Origin: Candidatus Dormiibacterota bacterium
GTDB taxonomy: Bacteria; Chloroflexota; Dormibacteria; Aeolococcales; Bog-877
Assembly: GCA_963701235.1 (NCBI GenBank)
Contig: OY969577.1
Location: forward strand, 198,841 to 262,840
Reading direction: 5' to 3'
DNA: 64,000 nucleotides
Shown piece after piece: positions 18,704 through 28,220 of the stretch (positions within the stretch are counted from its first letter, which is position 1; each line of letters starts with the position of its first letter). Both the position numbers and the translations under genes were made by a program. The notes beneath the pieces were generated by a model. The model searched no databases. It had not been told where the DNA came from and was given only the letters and a program-made list of their open reading frames with translations.

Positions 18704-19935
18704 AATTGGCTCCAGGGCTGGATGTGGCGCGAGTTCGAGCCGACTTCCCCATCCTTCGCGAGCAGGTCAACGGGCACCGACTGGCCTACCTGGATAACGC
18801 TTCCACCTCTCAGAAGCCGGACGTCGTGATCGACGCGGTGTCGGATTACTACCGCACCGCCAACGCCAATGTGCACCGCGGGGTCCACGCCCTGGGCGAG
18901 AGGGCGACCGACATATTCGAGAACGCCCGCGTTGCGGTGGCGCGACTGGTGGGTGCCGATCCCCGGGGCATTGTCTTCGTGCGCAACACCACCGAGGGAA
19001 TCAACCTGGTGGCCCAGGCATTTGCCCGGGAACGGTTTGGACCCGGCGACAGGATCGTGTGCACGGAGATGGAGCACCACTCCAACCTGGTGCCCTGGCA
19101 GCGAGTCCGGGACCAGACGGGTTGCGCGCTGGAGTTCATCCCGGTAACGCCCCAGGGTCTTCTCGACCAAGAGGCCTGCGATCGCTTGCTGCGGGCACCG
19201 ACGCGCCTGCTCGCGGTTTCACATGTCAGCAACGTGCTGGGGACGATCAATCCGGTCGAGGAGATGATCAGTCGCGCCCACGACGAGGGCATTAGCGTGG
19301 TGATCGATGGCGCCCAGGCGGTCCCCCACATGCCGGTAGACCTGGGACAGATGAACCCCGACTTTTATGCCTTCTCCGCACACAAGATGTGCGGCCCTAC
19401 GGGCATCGGTGTTCTCTATGGCAGGCCCGAACTCTTGCAGGAAATGCCTCCGTTTCTTACCGGGGGTTCAATGATCTCAGTGGTGACGCTGGAGCAAACT
19501 ACCTGGGACGAGATTCCCCACAAGTTTGAGGCCGGAACCCCGGACATCGCTGGCGCGGCCGGCCTCCAGGCCGCTGTCGACTACCTTGAAATGGTAGGAA
19601 TGCCGGCGATCTTCCGACACGGCGCCGAGCTCACCGAGTATGCCGACGAGGTTCTCTCTGAAGTACCGGGACTAACCAGGTATGGCCCCAAAGGGCCGGA
19701 TCAGTTGGGGATCGTCTCCTTCAACCTGGCGGGGATACATCCCCACGACGTGGGGACGATCGTCGACCGCTGGGGTGTGGCGGTCCGGGCCGGACATCAC
19801 TGCTGTCAGCCGCTGATGCGAAGGCTGGGGGTGAGCGCTACCACCCGGGCCAGCGTTTATCTATACAACAACCGCGACGACGTCGACGCGCTGGTGGCAG
19901 CCCTGGGTGACGTCAATCGCATCTTCGGAAGCTGA
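18694..19935 (+). CDS. sufS: Cysteine desulfurase SufS (class II)
   Basis: Aminotransferase class V with class-II features. ATG at 18694 overlaps the Rieske stop (ATGGGGGTGA). The ORF-track start at 18559 is an upstream extension. Confidence 0.9.
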   Translation: MGVKLAPGLDVARVRADFPILREQVNGHRLAYLDNASTSQKPDVVIDAVSDYYRTANANVHRGVHALGERATDIFENARVAVARLVGADPRGIVFVRNTTEGINLVAQAFARERFGPGDRIVCTEMEHHSNLVPWQRVRDQTGCALEFIPVTPQGLLDQEACDRLLRAPTRLLAVSHVSNVLGTINPVEEMISRAHDEGISVVIDGAQAVPHMPVDLGQMNPDFYAFSAHKMCGPTGIGVLYGRPELLQEMPPFLTGGSMISVVTLEQTTWDEIPHKFEAGTPDIAGAAGLQAAVDYLEMVGMPAIFRHGAELTEYADEVLSEVPGLTRYGPKGPDQLGIVSFNLAGIHPHDVGTIVDRWGVAVRAGHHCCQPLMRRLGVSATTRASVYLYNNRDDVDALVAALGDVNRIFGS

Positions 19936-19940
19936 GGTAT

Positions 19941-20222
19941 TCAGCTCCCGCCGCTGACCGACTGCAAGATGGTGATCCGGTCGCCGTCAGCGACGAGAGC
20001 GGAGAGTCCGGCGTCCCCGCGCACCATCTCTTGGTTGTGAAATACGTTCACGTTGGGTCGTCGCCGGCCATGCTCGTCCGCTAGGTGGCTACGCAGCAGA
20101 GGGTGGCGCTGCTGGGCGGCGTCGAGGGCGGCCCCGACGTCGGTGGCAGTAACGGTGAATTCCGTCTCGCCATTGGTGAAATCCCGCAACAGGCCTGGGA
20201 TCCATACCCTGACGGTGGGCAT
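19941..20222 (-). CDS. MoaD/ThiS/CysO-family beta-grasp sulfur-carrier protein with a C-terminal GG-Ser tail
   Basis: 93 aa. C-terminal VNVFHNQEMVRGDAGLSALVADGDRITILQSVSGGS matches the MoaD consensus (...DGDEV.....VSGG) plus one extra Ser. Start taken at the internal Met, 5 nt after the BNR stop. Confidence 0.7.
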   Translation of the reverse strand: MPTVRVWIPGLLRDFTNGETEFTVTATDVGAALDAAQQRHPLLRSHLADEHGRRRPNVNVFHNQEMVRGDAGLSALVADGDRITILQSVSGGS

Positions 20223-20226
20223 CGGA

Positions 20227-21315
20227 TCAGATTGAGATTGCGCGTACGCTGAGGATGCGCGGGTAGACACCGGGAAGCTGCGTCCAATTGTCTCCGGCGT
20301 CCCAGCTCCCGAAGAGCTCACCGCTGGTGGTGCCAAAGTAGACCGACGAGCCGTCACCTGCACCGCTGGTGAGAGCCTCGCGAAGCACGGTGCCGTAGAA
20401 GTCGGTAGGTAACCCCACCCCGCTGACTTCCCAGCTGTCTCCGCCATCGCGTGAACGATAGGCGCGCAACTTCCCCTCTACCGGCAGGCGCACCTCATCA
20501 CTGGTGAGGGGGACCACGAAGAGTGTCAATGGCGAGCGCGGCAGGACAGACATACCGAAGCCGAACCCCGAGGGCAGGCCATTCTCGATGCGTTCCCAGC
20601 TGTCGCCAGCGTCGAAGGAACGGAAGACACCGGTGTGATTCTGTTGAAAGAGGTGATCGGGATCGTCGGGGTCGAGCACCAGGCGATGGGCGCAGGTGAA
20701 GTCGGCGTACTTGGGATCCTCGGCCTCGAACGGCGCGGTGACACCCTTGTTCTTGATGGTCCAAGTGGCGCCATCGTCGTCACTTCGCAGAGCTCCCACC
20801 GACGAGATACCGATGATGATCCGACCCGGACGGCGCGAATCGGTGAGCACGGTGTGCAAGCACATACCGCCGAACCCAGGCAGCCAGTCCGCCCGGGTGG
20901 GGTGGGCTGTGAGCCCGGTGTACTCGCTCCACGCCGTTGCCGCCTCGTCCCAGCGGAACAGGCCCGCTTGGGCAACTCCGGCGACTAGCTCGCCTGAGCC
21001 CGCCAGCCGGTGCAGGGTCCAGATCCGCTCCACGACGGGGCGCCCCTCTCCCTCCCCGAAGCCAGGCCCGGTCCCAAGCGGGTCCCAGGACCGCCCCTCA
21101 TCAAGGCTGCGTCGGACGTGGGGCCCATATACGTAGCTAGAGAGCCCGGCAAGGAGCTCGAGCTGGCCCTGGCGCTGCTCCAGAAATACGGTCGTCGCTT
21201 CCCAGCCCGAGAGGTGGGGGCCGGTGAGCTGCCACCCCGCGCTTGCCGGCTCCGAGCCCTCGTGCTTGAGGACAAAGAGTCCCTTGGCGGTGCCCACGGC
21301 AACCCATGTGGTCAT
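20227..21315 (-). CDS. BNR/Asp-box repeat beta-propeller protein (sialidase-like or Ycf48-like)
   Basis: Repeated S-x-D-x-G-x-(T/S)-W boxes (SDDDGATWT, SFDAGDSWE, SRDGGDSWE, SWDAGDNWT). Confidence 0.7.
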   Translation of the reverse strand: MTTWVAVGTAKGLFVLKHEGSEPASAGWQLTGPHLSGWEATTVFLEQRQGQLELLAGLSSYVYGPHVRRSLDEGRSWDPLGTGPGFGEGEGRPVVERIWTLHRLAGSGELVAGVAQAGLFRWDEAATAWSEYTGLTAHPTRADWLPGFGGMCLHTVLTDSRRPGRIIIGISSVGALRSDDDGATWTIKNKGVTAPFEAEDPKYADFTCAHRLVLDPDDPDHLFQQNHTGVFRSFDAGDSWERIENGLPSGFGFGMSVLPRSPLTLFVVPLTSDEVRLPVEGKLRAYRSRDGGDSWEVSGVGLPTDFYGTVLREALTSGAGDGSSVYFGTTSGELFGSWDAGDNWTQLPGVYPRILSVRAISI

Positions 21316-21519
21316 GACAGCCGCGAGTTTATAGGTCTTGGGGTGGGCCGTGGCGCGCGAATCGAGCCCTTGGTGAAGGCGGCCTTACAGCTCGCGAAAC
21401 CACGGTGCGCCGTTGCGACCGTCCGTTCTAGACTAGGGGCGACAGCGTCGTCCGGCCGTCCCGGCGGGATCACAAGCAGGCTCCGTCGTGACGGTACCCC
21501 AAGAAAAGGAGGGAATGCC

Positions 21520-21570
21520 CATGCTCGAAGGTAGTACTAAACGGACTCTCACCATCTTGGGGACCGACTG
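21520..21570 (+). CDS. Candidate 16-codon leader/small ORF (MLEGSTKRTLTILGTD)
   Basis: ATG preceded by a perfect AAGGAGG Shine-Dalgarno at optimal spacing, in a lower-GC intergenic region. No homology evidence. Confidence 0.2.
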
Positions 21571-21696
21571 AGGACTGCGGCCGGGACCTTAACTTCTCTC
21601 GACGCGCTGGTCAACCACGGGTAGCTGAATCGGGTCAGAAGCCCGGGACCGTGGCCGTCCCGCGTCAGCAGTACTCATCTCGCAAACCCAAACAGC

Positions 21697-21735
21697 GGGG
21701 GCTGGAGAACAACTCCGGTCCCCGTTGCTTTTTAA
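21697..21735 (+). terminator. Intrinsic-terminator-like hairpin 21 nt upstream of the sufU start
   Basis: 11-bp stem GGGGGCTGGAG/CTCCGGTCCCC (two G-U pairs), 5-nt loop, followed by GTTGCTTTTT. Confidence 0.45.
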
Positions 21736-21756
21736 GCGTCGGGGTAGGATGAGCAC

Positions 21757-22230
21757 ATGGCCCAGGTCAATCCGGTGGGATTCGACGACGAACTCTTTCG
21801 CGAGATCATCCTGGACCACTACCGCCATCCCCGGCGCCACGGCCTGGTCGATCCCGCCGATGTGACCACCCACGGTCACAATCCGCTCTGTGGCGATGAG
21901 GTCGATCTCAGCCTTCGGGTAAACGGAGGTCTGGTCGAGGAGGTTGGGTTCGAGGGCCAGGGCTGCTCGATCTCAATGGCCGCGGCGTCGATGATGAGTG
22001 AGCAGATCCAGGGCAAGTCGCTGGTGGACACCAAAGATCTCATCGGGCGGTTTCGAGCGATGCTGATCGAGGGTCAGGATCCCGCCACGCTCGGGGACAT
22101 CGGGGATCTGGAGGCGCTCGCCGGGGTGCACCGCTACGCGGCCCGGGTAAAGTGCGCCATGCTGCCCTGGAGCGCGCTCGAGGCTGGTCTGACCAAGCTG
22201 GAGGAATCCCATGGCGGAAGCGACGTCTGA
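21757..22230 (+). CDS. sufU: SUF-system zinc-dependent sulfurtransferase SufU (IscU-like)
   Basis: NPLCGDEV, GQGCSIS and the third Cys (VKCAMLPW) ligand set typical of SufU. Confidence 0.85.
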   Translation: MAQVNPVGFDDELFREIILDHYRHPRRHGLVDPADVTTHGHNPLCGDEVDLSLRVNGGLVEEVGFEGQGCSISMAAASMMSEQIQGKSLVDTKDLIGRFRAMLIEGQDPATLGDIGDLEALAGVHRYAARVKCAMLPWSALEAGLTKLEESHGGSDV

Positions 22231-22588
22231 GACCGAGGAGTTGGGATCGGCGGCTCCACAAACCCAACCCGCCCAGGTCCTGAAGGCGACCGGGGCCGAC
22301 GTTCACGAGGCGCTCCGGGAGGTGATCGACCCCGAGTTGGGTCTCGACATCGTCAGCCTGGGGTTGGTCTACGGAGTGACCGTCGACCCCGATGGCGACG
22401 CGGTCGTATCCATGACCCTGACGACGCCCTACTGCCCGCTGGGGCCGATGCTGGAATCGCAGGTCCATGCCGCCACTCAATTCCTACCCGGAATCCGCGA
22501 CGTCAAGGTGGACCTGATCTGGGATCCCCCCTGGGATCCCCACACCATGGCCTCTGACGAGGCGAAGCTGGAACTCGGCCTCTACTGA
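22211..22588 (+). CDS. sufT: Fe-S assembly protein SufT (DUF59/MIP18 family)
   Basis: DUF59 core IDPELGLDIVSLGLVY...TTPYCP. Confidence 0.8.
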   Translation: MAEATSETEELGSAAPQTQPAQVLKATGADVHEALREVIDPELGLDIVSLGLVYGVTVDPDGDAVVSMTLTTPYCPLGPMLESQVHAATQFLPGIRDVKVDLIWDPPWDPHTMASDEAKLELGLY

Positions 22589-23199
22589 GGTCGGGGCGAC
22601 CCCTCGGCGCTGGAGCGGCCGGTCAGCTTCCATGCCGCCGGGAGCAGGGCCCCCGCCAGGACTGCCTTGATGGCGTCGCCCAGGAGAAAGGGGGTGACCC
22701 CGTCGGAGAGAGTGGCAGACGGGCCCAAATGGAGGCGCAGAGCCAGCCAGGTGGCGCCGAAGGCGTAGATCAGGAGATTGCCGGCGACCAAGGACAGGAT
22801 CACGGTCAAGGGGTGACGGTCTAGGCCACGGCGAGCCAGCCAGCCCAGCAGGGTGGCGGCGAACACGAAACCCACCAGGTAGCCCAGGGTGGGCGCCGAG
22901 AGGATCGAGAACCCGCCCGTGCCTCCCGCGAACCAGGGCACGCCCACCAATCCAAGGACCAGGTAGAGCAGCATCCCGGCCGCCCCGCGGCGGGTCCCGG
23001 CGGCCATACCGCCGAGCAGCACGGCGAAGGTCTGGCCGGTGATGGGGACGGGGGTGAATGGGAGATGGATGACTACCTGTGCCGAGAGACCGACCAGCCC
23101 GGCGTAGCCGGCGACGACCAAGACGTCTCGGAGTCGCTCGCCGGGGATCAGATCAGTCAGGACCAGGCGGGGGCGCGCCGGGATAGCTACGTTCAGCAC
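22582..23199 (-). CDS. bioY: BioY-family biotin transporter (ECF S-component)
   Basis: VPITGQTFAVLLGG motif with five or six TM helices. Start set to an internal GTG (V66 of the long ORF), because the long N-terminal extension overlaps rsmG. Confidence 0.7.
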   Translation of the reverse strand: MLNVAIPARPRLVLTDLIPGERLRDVLVVAGYAGLVGLSAQVVIHLPFTPVPITGQTFAVLLGGMAAGTRRGAAGMLLYLVLGLVGVPWFAGGTGGFSILSAPTLGYLVGFVFAATLLGWLARRGLDRHPLTVILSLVAGNLLIYAFGATWLALRLHLGPSATLSDGVTPFLLGDAIKAVLAGALLPAAWKLTGRSSAEGSPRPQ

Positions 23200-23341
23200 G
23201 GCGATCGACGCTACCTTGACGCTCGGCCGGCTGTCAACAACGGGTGCCAACAGATTCCCTCGTGGCGCTGCGCTACCGTCCTCACCAGACCATGGCTGCT
23301 GAGCACGATCCGCCAAGGCGCGTGGGGACCGCGCTCTCGTC

Positions 23342-23998
23342 TTGGTCGGGGTCGTCCCGCCTGGCGTCAGGGGAGCCAGTGGCGAGTTGAGCACCAGCGG
23401 GCTCCCGATCGACGAGCGGACGGATCGGCTCCTCGAGGGTTATCTCGATCTCATCTACGGTGAGCCGAATCGGCTCAACCTGACTCGGGTTCGGCGCGAG
23501 GACGCCTGGACGCGACACGTGCAGGAGTCGCTGGATCTCATTCCCCTACGCGCCTGGTCCAGCGGCGAGCGCGTCATCGATCTCGGTAGTGGGGCTGGCT
23601 TTCCCGGCATCCCACTAGCGATAGCGCTGCCACACCTGGCGCTGGTGCTAGTAGAGAGAGATCGGGCCAAAGCCGCCTTTCTGCTCAGCGCCCTGGGCCG
23701 GCTCGATCTGACCACGGTGCAGGTACTGGCGGGGGACGCGTCCGAGCTGATCAGAAGCCCGGATTTCCAACCGGCTGATGTGCTGGTGTCGAGGGCGGCG
23801 CTTCCGGTACCAAGCCTGCTGCCCCTTGCCGCCCCTATGTTGCGAGCTGGAGGTGAGGGTCTGGTCCATGTCGGCAGGGAGGTGGCGGTGGACCAGAGCC
23901 TGCGAGGCTTGGCAGACCGCTCCGCCCTTGGGGATTTGGACCTTGTCACTTCCGGTCGTAGCCGCATCCTCCGCTTCAAGCGGCTCTCTGACCGCTAA
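23342..23998 (+). CDS. rsmG: 16S rRNA (guanine527-N7)-methyltransferase RsmG
   Basis: GSGAGFPGIPLAI SAM-binding motif and GidB-like N-terminus (NLTRV). Confidence 0.8.
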   Translation: MVGVVPPGVRGASGELSTSGLPIDERTDRLLEGYLDLIYGEPNRLNLTRVRREDAWTRHVQESLDLIPLRAWSSGERVIDLGSGAGFPGIPLAIALPHLALVLVERDRAKAAFLLSALGRLDLTTVQVLAGDASELIRSPDFQPADVLVSRAALPVPSLLPLAAPMLRAGGEGLVHVGREVAVDQSLRGLADRSALGDLDLVTSGRSRILRFKRLSDR

Positions 23999-25192
23999 TT
24001 ACTGGGCGGGCAGCCCGGACGCCTGCCCGGCCCGCCACACCTCCAGCGGTGCCAAATCTGGCCGCCAGGCGAAGCCGCCCTCGTGATCGGTGTCCCAGAG
24101 GACCAGGTCGGCTCTCATGCCGGGCTGGACCCGGCCCCGATCTGGCAGGGCGAGCGAGAGTGACCCGCCCAAGGTAGCTGCCGTCAGAGCTTGCTCCACG
24201 CTGAGCCCGAGCTCGGTCACCGCCAGCCAGACCACCAGGCTCATGGATGTTGTCCCCGAGGTGCCGGGATTGTGGTCGCTGCCCAGCGCCAATGGCACTC
24301 CCGCAGCTAGGAGTTCACGGGCGGGAGGTTTCGCACCCATCGAAAGAGCGGTGACCGGGCACAAGGTGGCCACCGTCGAAGAGCGGGCCAGAGCCGCGAT
24401 CTCTGCGGTTCCGATTCGCAGGAGATGATCGGCCGAGGCCGCTCCTAGATCTACCGCCAACTGAGTGGCGCCCGTGAGCGCCAGCTCATCGGCATGGACT
24501 CGAAGCGAGAGCCCGGCGGGGCGTGCCCGCTGCAGCACCAGGGCGGACTCGGCGAGCGTGAACTCCCCCTGGTCGCAGAAGACGTCACAGAACCTGGCCC
24601 CCTCCCGCTTGGCGTCGACGTTCCAGCTGGCCACCGCCTCGACGTATTCCCCGCGTCTCCCCTCGAACTCAACCGGGACCGAGTGCGCCCCCAGGAAGGT
24701 CACCGCCAGCTGGGGTAGGGTCGGTTCGGCGGAGAGCCGGTGCAGCAGTCGCACCGCGCCAATCTCGCCCTCCCGGTCGAGCCAGTAGCCGGTCTTGGCC
24801 TCGAGGGTGGTGGTACCCGAGCCCAGCCACCTCTCCAGACGCTGTCTCAGCTCGAGCTCCATCTGGTCCCAGGGGGCGAGCCGAGTTTCGCGCACGGTGG
24901 CGTTGATACCACCGCCCTGCCGGGCTATCTCGGCATAGCTCACCCCGGTACTGCGCTGGGCGATCTCGGGAAGCCGGGCACCGGCGTAGAGAGGGTGGGT
25001 GTGGGAGTCGATGAGACCCGGAGTTAGCAGCGCTCCCCGACAGTTGTAGACGTCGGCGTCGGCCGGGACCTCAAGTGATCCGGTCGGCCCTATGGCTCGG
25101 ATCAACTCCCCCTCGAGGAGGAGGTCGACGTTCTCAAGGATCGGCTGCCCAGGCGAGAAGAGCCGACCGACTCCGACCAGGAGGCGATTCAT
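23999..25192 (-). CDS. hutI: Imidazolonepropionase
   Basis: Amidohydrolase with GLIDSHTHPLYAG. Start at the internal Met (MNRLLVG) forming an ATGA overlap with the hutF stop. The 540-aa ORF-track version is an upstream extension. Confidence 0.8.
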   Translation of the reverse strand: MNRLLVGVGRLFSPGQPILENVDLLLEGELIRAIGPTGSLEVPADADVYNCRGALLTPGLIDSHTHPLYAGARLPEIAQRSTGVSYAEIARQGGGINATVRETRLAPWDQMELELRQRLERWLGSGTTTLEAKTGYWLDREGEIGAVRLLHRLSAEPTLPQLAVTFLGAHSVPVEFEGRRGEYVEAVASWNVDAKREGARFCDVFCDQGEFTLAESALVLQRARPAGLSLRVHADELALTGATQLAVDLGAASADHLLRIGTAEIAALARSSTVATLCPVTALSMGAKPPARELLAAGVPLALGSDHNPGTSGTTSMSLVVWLAVTELGLSVEQALTAATLGGSLSLALPDRGRVQPGMRADLVLWDTDHEGGFAWRPDLAPLEVWRAGQASGLPAQ

Positions 25193-26565
25193 CCGGCTCC
25201 GCTGGCCACCAGTGCCCGACGCCAGGCCGGCTCCAGCCCGAGCAGAACGCTCTCCAGCCTCTCCGCAACACTGCCCAGTCGCAGGTGGTGACCGTCCCGA
25301 ACAATCTCCTCGCCGCCGACCACCACGGAGCGCACGTCGGCGGAGCTGGCCCCGAAAACCACCCGCGGGAGCAGGTCGGCCGGGCCAGCTCCCGCAAGCC
25401 GAGCGCTGGATAGATCCAGTGTGGTGAAGTCGGCCAGCTGGCCAGACCTGAGCTCGCCGGCCGACCAGCCCAGAGCCGCCATGCCCTCCGACGTGGCGGC
25501 CCGAAGCAAATCCGCGGGGCTGAGCCAACCCCGCCGCCCTGTCAGAAGGCGGCGGTCGAGCTCGACTGCGCGAGCCTCCTCGAACAGGTCGACCAGGGCG
25601 TTGCTGTCGCTGCCCAGGCACAGAGGACTGCCCGCCGCCTGAAGCTCGTCCGCCCGACAGACCCCATCTCCCAGGTCGCGCTCGGTGGTGGGACAGACGC
25701 AGATCCTAGTCCCGGTTCGTCCCAAGCGGGCGACGTCCTTCGGGGTCAGGTGGATGGCATGAACCGCCGTGGTCCGGGGACCGAGGATGCCAAAGGAGTC
25801 GAGCAGCTTGGTCGGGGTCTGGCCGGTGGCAGCCAGGCAGGCGGAGTTCTCCTCGGGCTGTTCCGAGAGATGGAGGTGAAGCGGGGCCGCTCGCTCAGCG
25901 GCCCATCCGGCCACCACCTGCATCGAGGCGGGGTCCACTGCCCTGACGCTGTGCACCGCCGCCCCTCGGCGCAGTTTGGGGCCCTCTCGGGCCTTTTCGA
26001 CTCTTCGCACCCAGCCCTGAGCGTCCTGATCGCTAAACCGGCGCGCGGTCCCCTCGAGTTCGACTCCATCAAAGCCGGACCGGAGATAGCAAGTGTCGAG
26101 CAGGGTGAGCCGCAACCCCGCCTCGGCGGCGGCCGCCTCCACCGCCTCCTCCATCTCCGCACCCGGGTAGGGCTGCCCTGACGGCTGGTGATGCAGGTAG
26201 TGGAACTCCCCGACCGCCGTGATCCCGGCCAGAGCCATCTCCCCCATGGCAGCCCTGGTGAGCTCGAAGTACTGCTCCGGGGTGAGGAAGGACGCCAGGG
26301 AATACATCCGCCGCCTCCACCCCCAAAAGTCGCTCCCGCCCTCCTCGGGGATCTCGCAGCGCCCCCGGAGGGCTCGATGGAAAGCGTGGGAGTGGGCGTT
26401 GGCGAGTCCAGGTAGGGTCAGTCCCGAGAGCACCTTGGCCGCGGGGGGGACCGGTGCAGTTCCGAGCGGCGCCGCCCGCCTAAGGGTGCCGCCCTCCTCC
26501 TCCATTAGGAGTCGGTTCTCGAACTGGGACCCCGTCCAAGCCAGCTCGGCCAGCCAGACCGACAT
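25189..26565 (-). CDS. hutF: Formimidoylglutamate deiminase-like amidohydrolase
   Basis: Amidohydrolase metal-ligand motif NAHSHAFHRALRG, ~450 aa, sits between hutU and hutI. Confidence 0.7.
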   Translation of the reverse strand: MSVWLAELAWTGSQFENRLLMEEEGGTLRRAAPLGTAPVPPAAKVLSGLTLPGLANAHSHAFHRALRGRCEIPEEGGSDFWGWRRRMYSLASFLTPEQYFELTRAAMGEMALAGITAVGEFHYLHHQPSGQPYPGAEMEEAVEAAAAEAGLRLTLLDTCYLRSGFDGVELEGTARRFSDQDAQGWVRRVEKAREGPKLRRGAAVHSVRAVDPASMQVVAGWAAERAAPLHLHLSEQPEENSACLAATGQTPTKLLDSFGILGPRTTAVHAIHLTPKDVARLGRTGTRICVCPTTERDLGDGVCRADELQAAGSPLCLGSDSNALVDLFEEARAVELDRRLLTGRRGWLSPADLLRAATSEGMAALGWSAGELRSGQLADFTTLDLSSARLAGAGPADLLPRVVFGASSADVRSVVVGGEEIVRDGHHLRLGSVAERLESVLLGLEPAWRRALVASGAG

Positions 26566-28220
26566 CAGTCCTCCAGCATGGGGATCCGGACGCCTCTCTC
26601 TTTGGCGGTGGCGATGGCAATCGGGTATCCGGCGTCGGCGTGGCGAACGACCCCGGTCCCAGGGTCGTTGAGCAGGCAGCGGGCCAACTTCTCCTCTGCC
26701 AGTTGGGAGCCATCGGCCACCGCCACCAGCCCCGCGTGGATCGAACGGCCGATGCCGACTCCCCCGCCGTGGTGGACTGAGACCCAGGAGGCACCACTTG
26801 AGGTATTCAGCAGGGCGTTGAGGATGGGCCAGTCGGCGATGGCGTCGCTGCCATCCTGCATCGATTCGGTCTCCCGGTAGGGCGACGCCACAGAGCCGGA
26901 GTCGAGATGGTCGCGGCCGATCACGATCGGAGCCTTGAGTTCCCCCTGGGCCACCATCCGGTTGAAACGGAGGCCGAGTCGGTCGCGCTCCCCGTAGCCG
27001 AGCCAGCAGATCCGGGCGGGAAGGCCTTGAAAGGCAACCTTCTCAGCTGCCATCCGGATCCAGCGGGCCAGGGACTCGCTCTCCGGGAACTCCTCTAGGA
27101 CAGCTCGATCAGTGGCCGCGATATCGGCCGGGTCCCCACTCAACGCCGCCCAACGGAAGGGGCCCTTGCCCTCGGCGAAGAGTGGGCGGATGTAAGCGGG
27201 AACGAAGCCCGGGTAGTCGAAAGCCCGGCTGTAGCCTCCCAGCTCCGCCTCGGCCCGCAGGCTGTTGCCGTAGTCGAAGACCGCGGCGCCCCGGTCCATC
27301 AGCTCCACCAGGGCCGCCACGTGGCGGGTCATCGCCGCCCGGCTGAAGCGGATGTACTCCTCGGGATCCTCCAGCCGCAGGTCGGCCGCCTCTGGCAGGG
27401 TGAGCCCGGGCGGCAGGTACATCAGCGGGTCGTGGGCGGGGGTCTGGTCGGTGGCGATCTCCACCTGAAAATTGCGCTTCACGATCTCCGGAACCAGCTC
27501 GGCGGCATTGCCCAGAATCCCGATCGAGAGCGCCTGGCGAGCGGCTCTAGCCGTCTCCGCCTGGCTCAGTGCGGACTCCAGGTCGGGAGCCCAGCTGTCG
27601 AGGTAACGGTGGTCGAGGCGACGCTGGATTCGATCCGGGTCGGCCTCGATGCAGAGGGCAACCCCGCCGTTCATGGTCACCGCCAGGGGCTGGGCCCCAC
27701 CCATGCCTCCGAGGCCGGCGGTCAGGGTGACGGTGCCGGCGAGCGAGCTAGCGAAATGCTGGTCGGCGACCGCGGAGAAGGTCTCGTAGGTGCCCTGGAG
27801 GATGCCCTGGGTGCCGATGTAGATCCATGACCCCGCGGTCATCTGCCCGTACATCGTCAGCCCCTCCTGCTCCAGCCGCCGGAACTCCGACTGGGTCGCC
27901 CACTGCGGTACCAGCAGGGCGTTGGCGATCAGGACTCGGGGCGCCCATTCATGGGTCCGGAAGACCCCGACCGGCTTGCCGGACTGGACCAGCAGGGTTT
28001 CGTCGTCCTCAAGGCCGCGCAGAGTGCGGACGATGGCGTCGTAGGCGTCCCAGGAGCGGGCGGCCCGCCCCGAGCCTCCGTAGACCACCAGATGGTCAGG
28101 ATCCTCGGCCACTTCGGGGTCGAGGTTGTTCATCAACATGCGCATCGCCGCTTCTTGGGGCCAGCCCTTGCAGCTGATCGCGGTGCCCCGTGGCGACCGG
28201 ACCGGCCTGGGACCACTCAA
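26565..28220 (-). CDS. hutU: Urocanate hydratase
   Basis: [24 protein letters not shown] urocanase N-terminal signature. Confidence 0.9.
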   Translation of the reverse strand: MSGPRPVRSPRGTAISCKGWPQEAAMRMLMNNLDPEVAEDPDHLVVYGGSGRAARSWDAYDAIVRTLRGLEDDETLLVQSGKPVGVFRTHEWAPRVLIANALLVPQWATQSEFRRLEQEGLTMYGQMTAGSWIYIGTQGILQGTYETFSAVADQHFASSLAGTVTLTAGLGGMGGAQPLAVTMNGGVALCIEADPDRIQRRLDHRYLDSWAPDLESALSQAETARAARQALSIGILGNAAELVPEIVKRNFQVEIATDQTPAHDPLMYLPPGLTLPEAADLRLEDPEEYIRFSRAAMTRHVAALVELMDRGAAVFDYGNSLRAEAELGGYSRAFDYPGFVPAYIRPLFAEGKGPFRWAALSGDPADIAATDRAVLEEFPESESLARWIRMAAEKVAFQGLPARICWLGYGERDRLGLRFNRMVAQGELKAPIVIGRDHLDSGSVASPYRETESMQDGSDAIADWPILNALLNTSSGASWVSVHHGGGVGIGRSIHAGLVAVADGSQLAEEKLARCLLNDPGTGVVRHADAGYPIAIATAKERGVRIPMLED

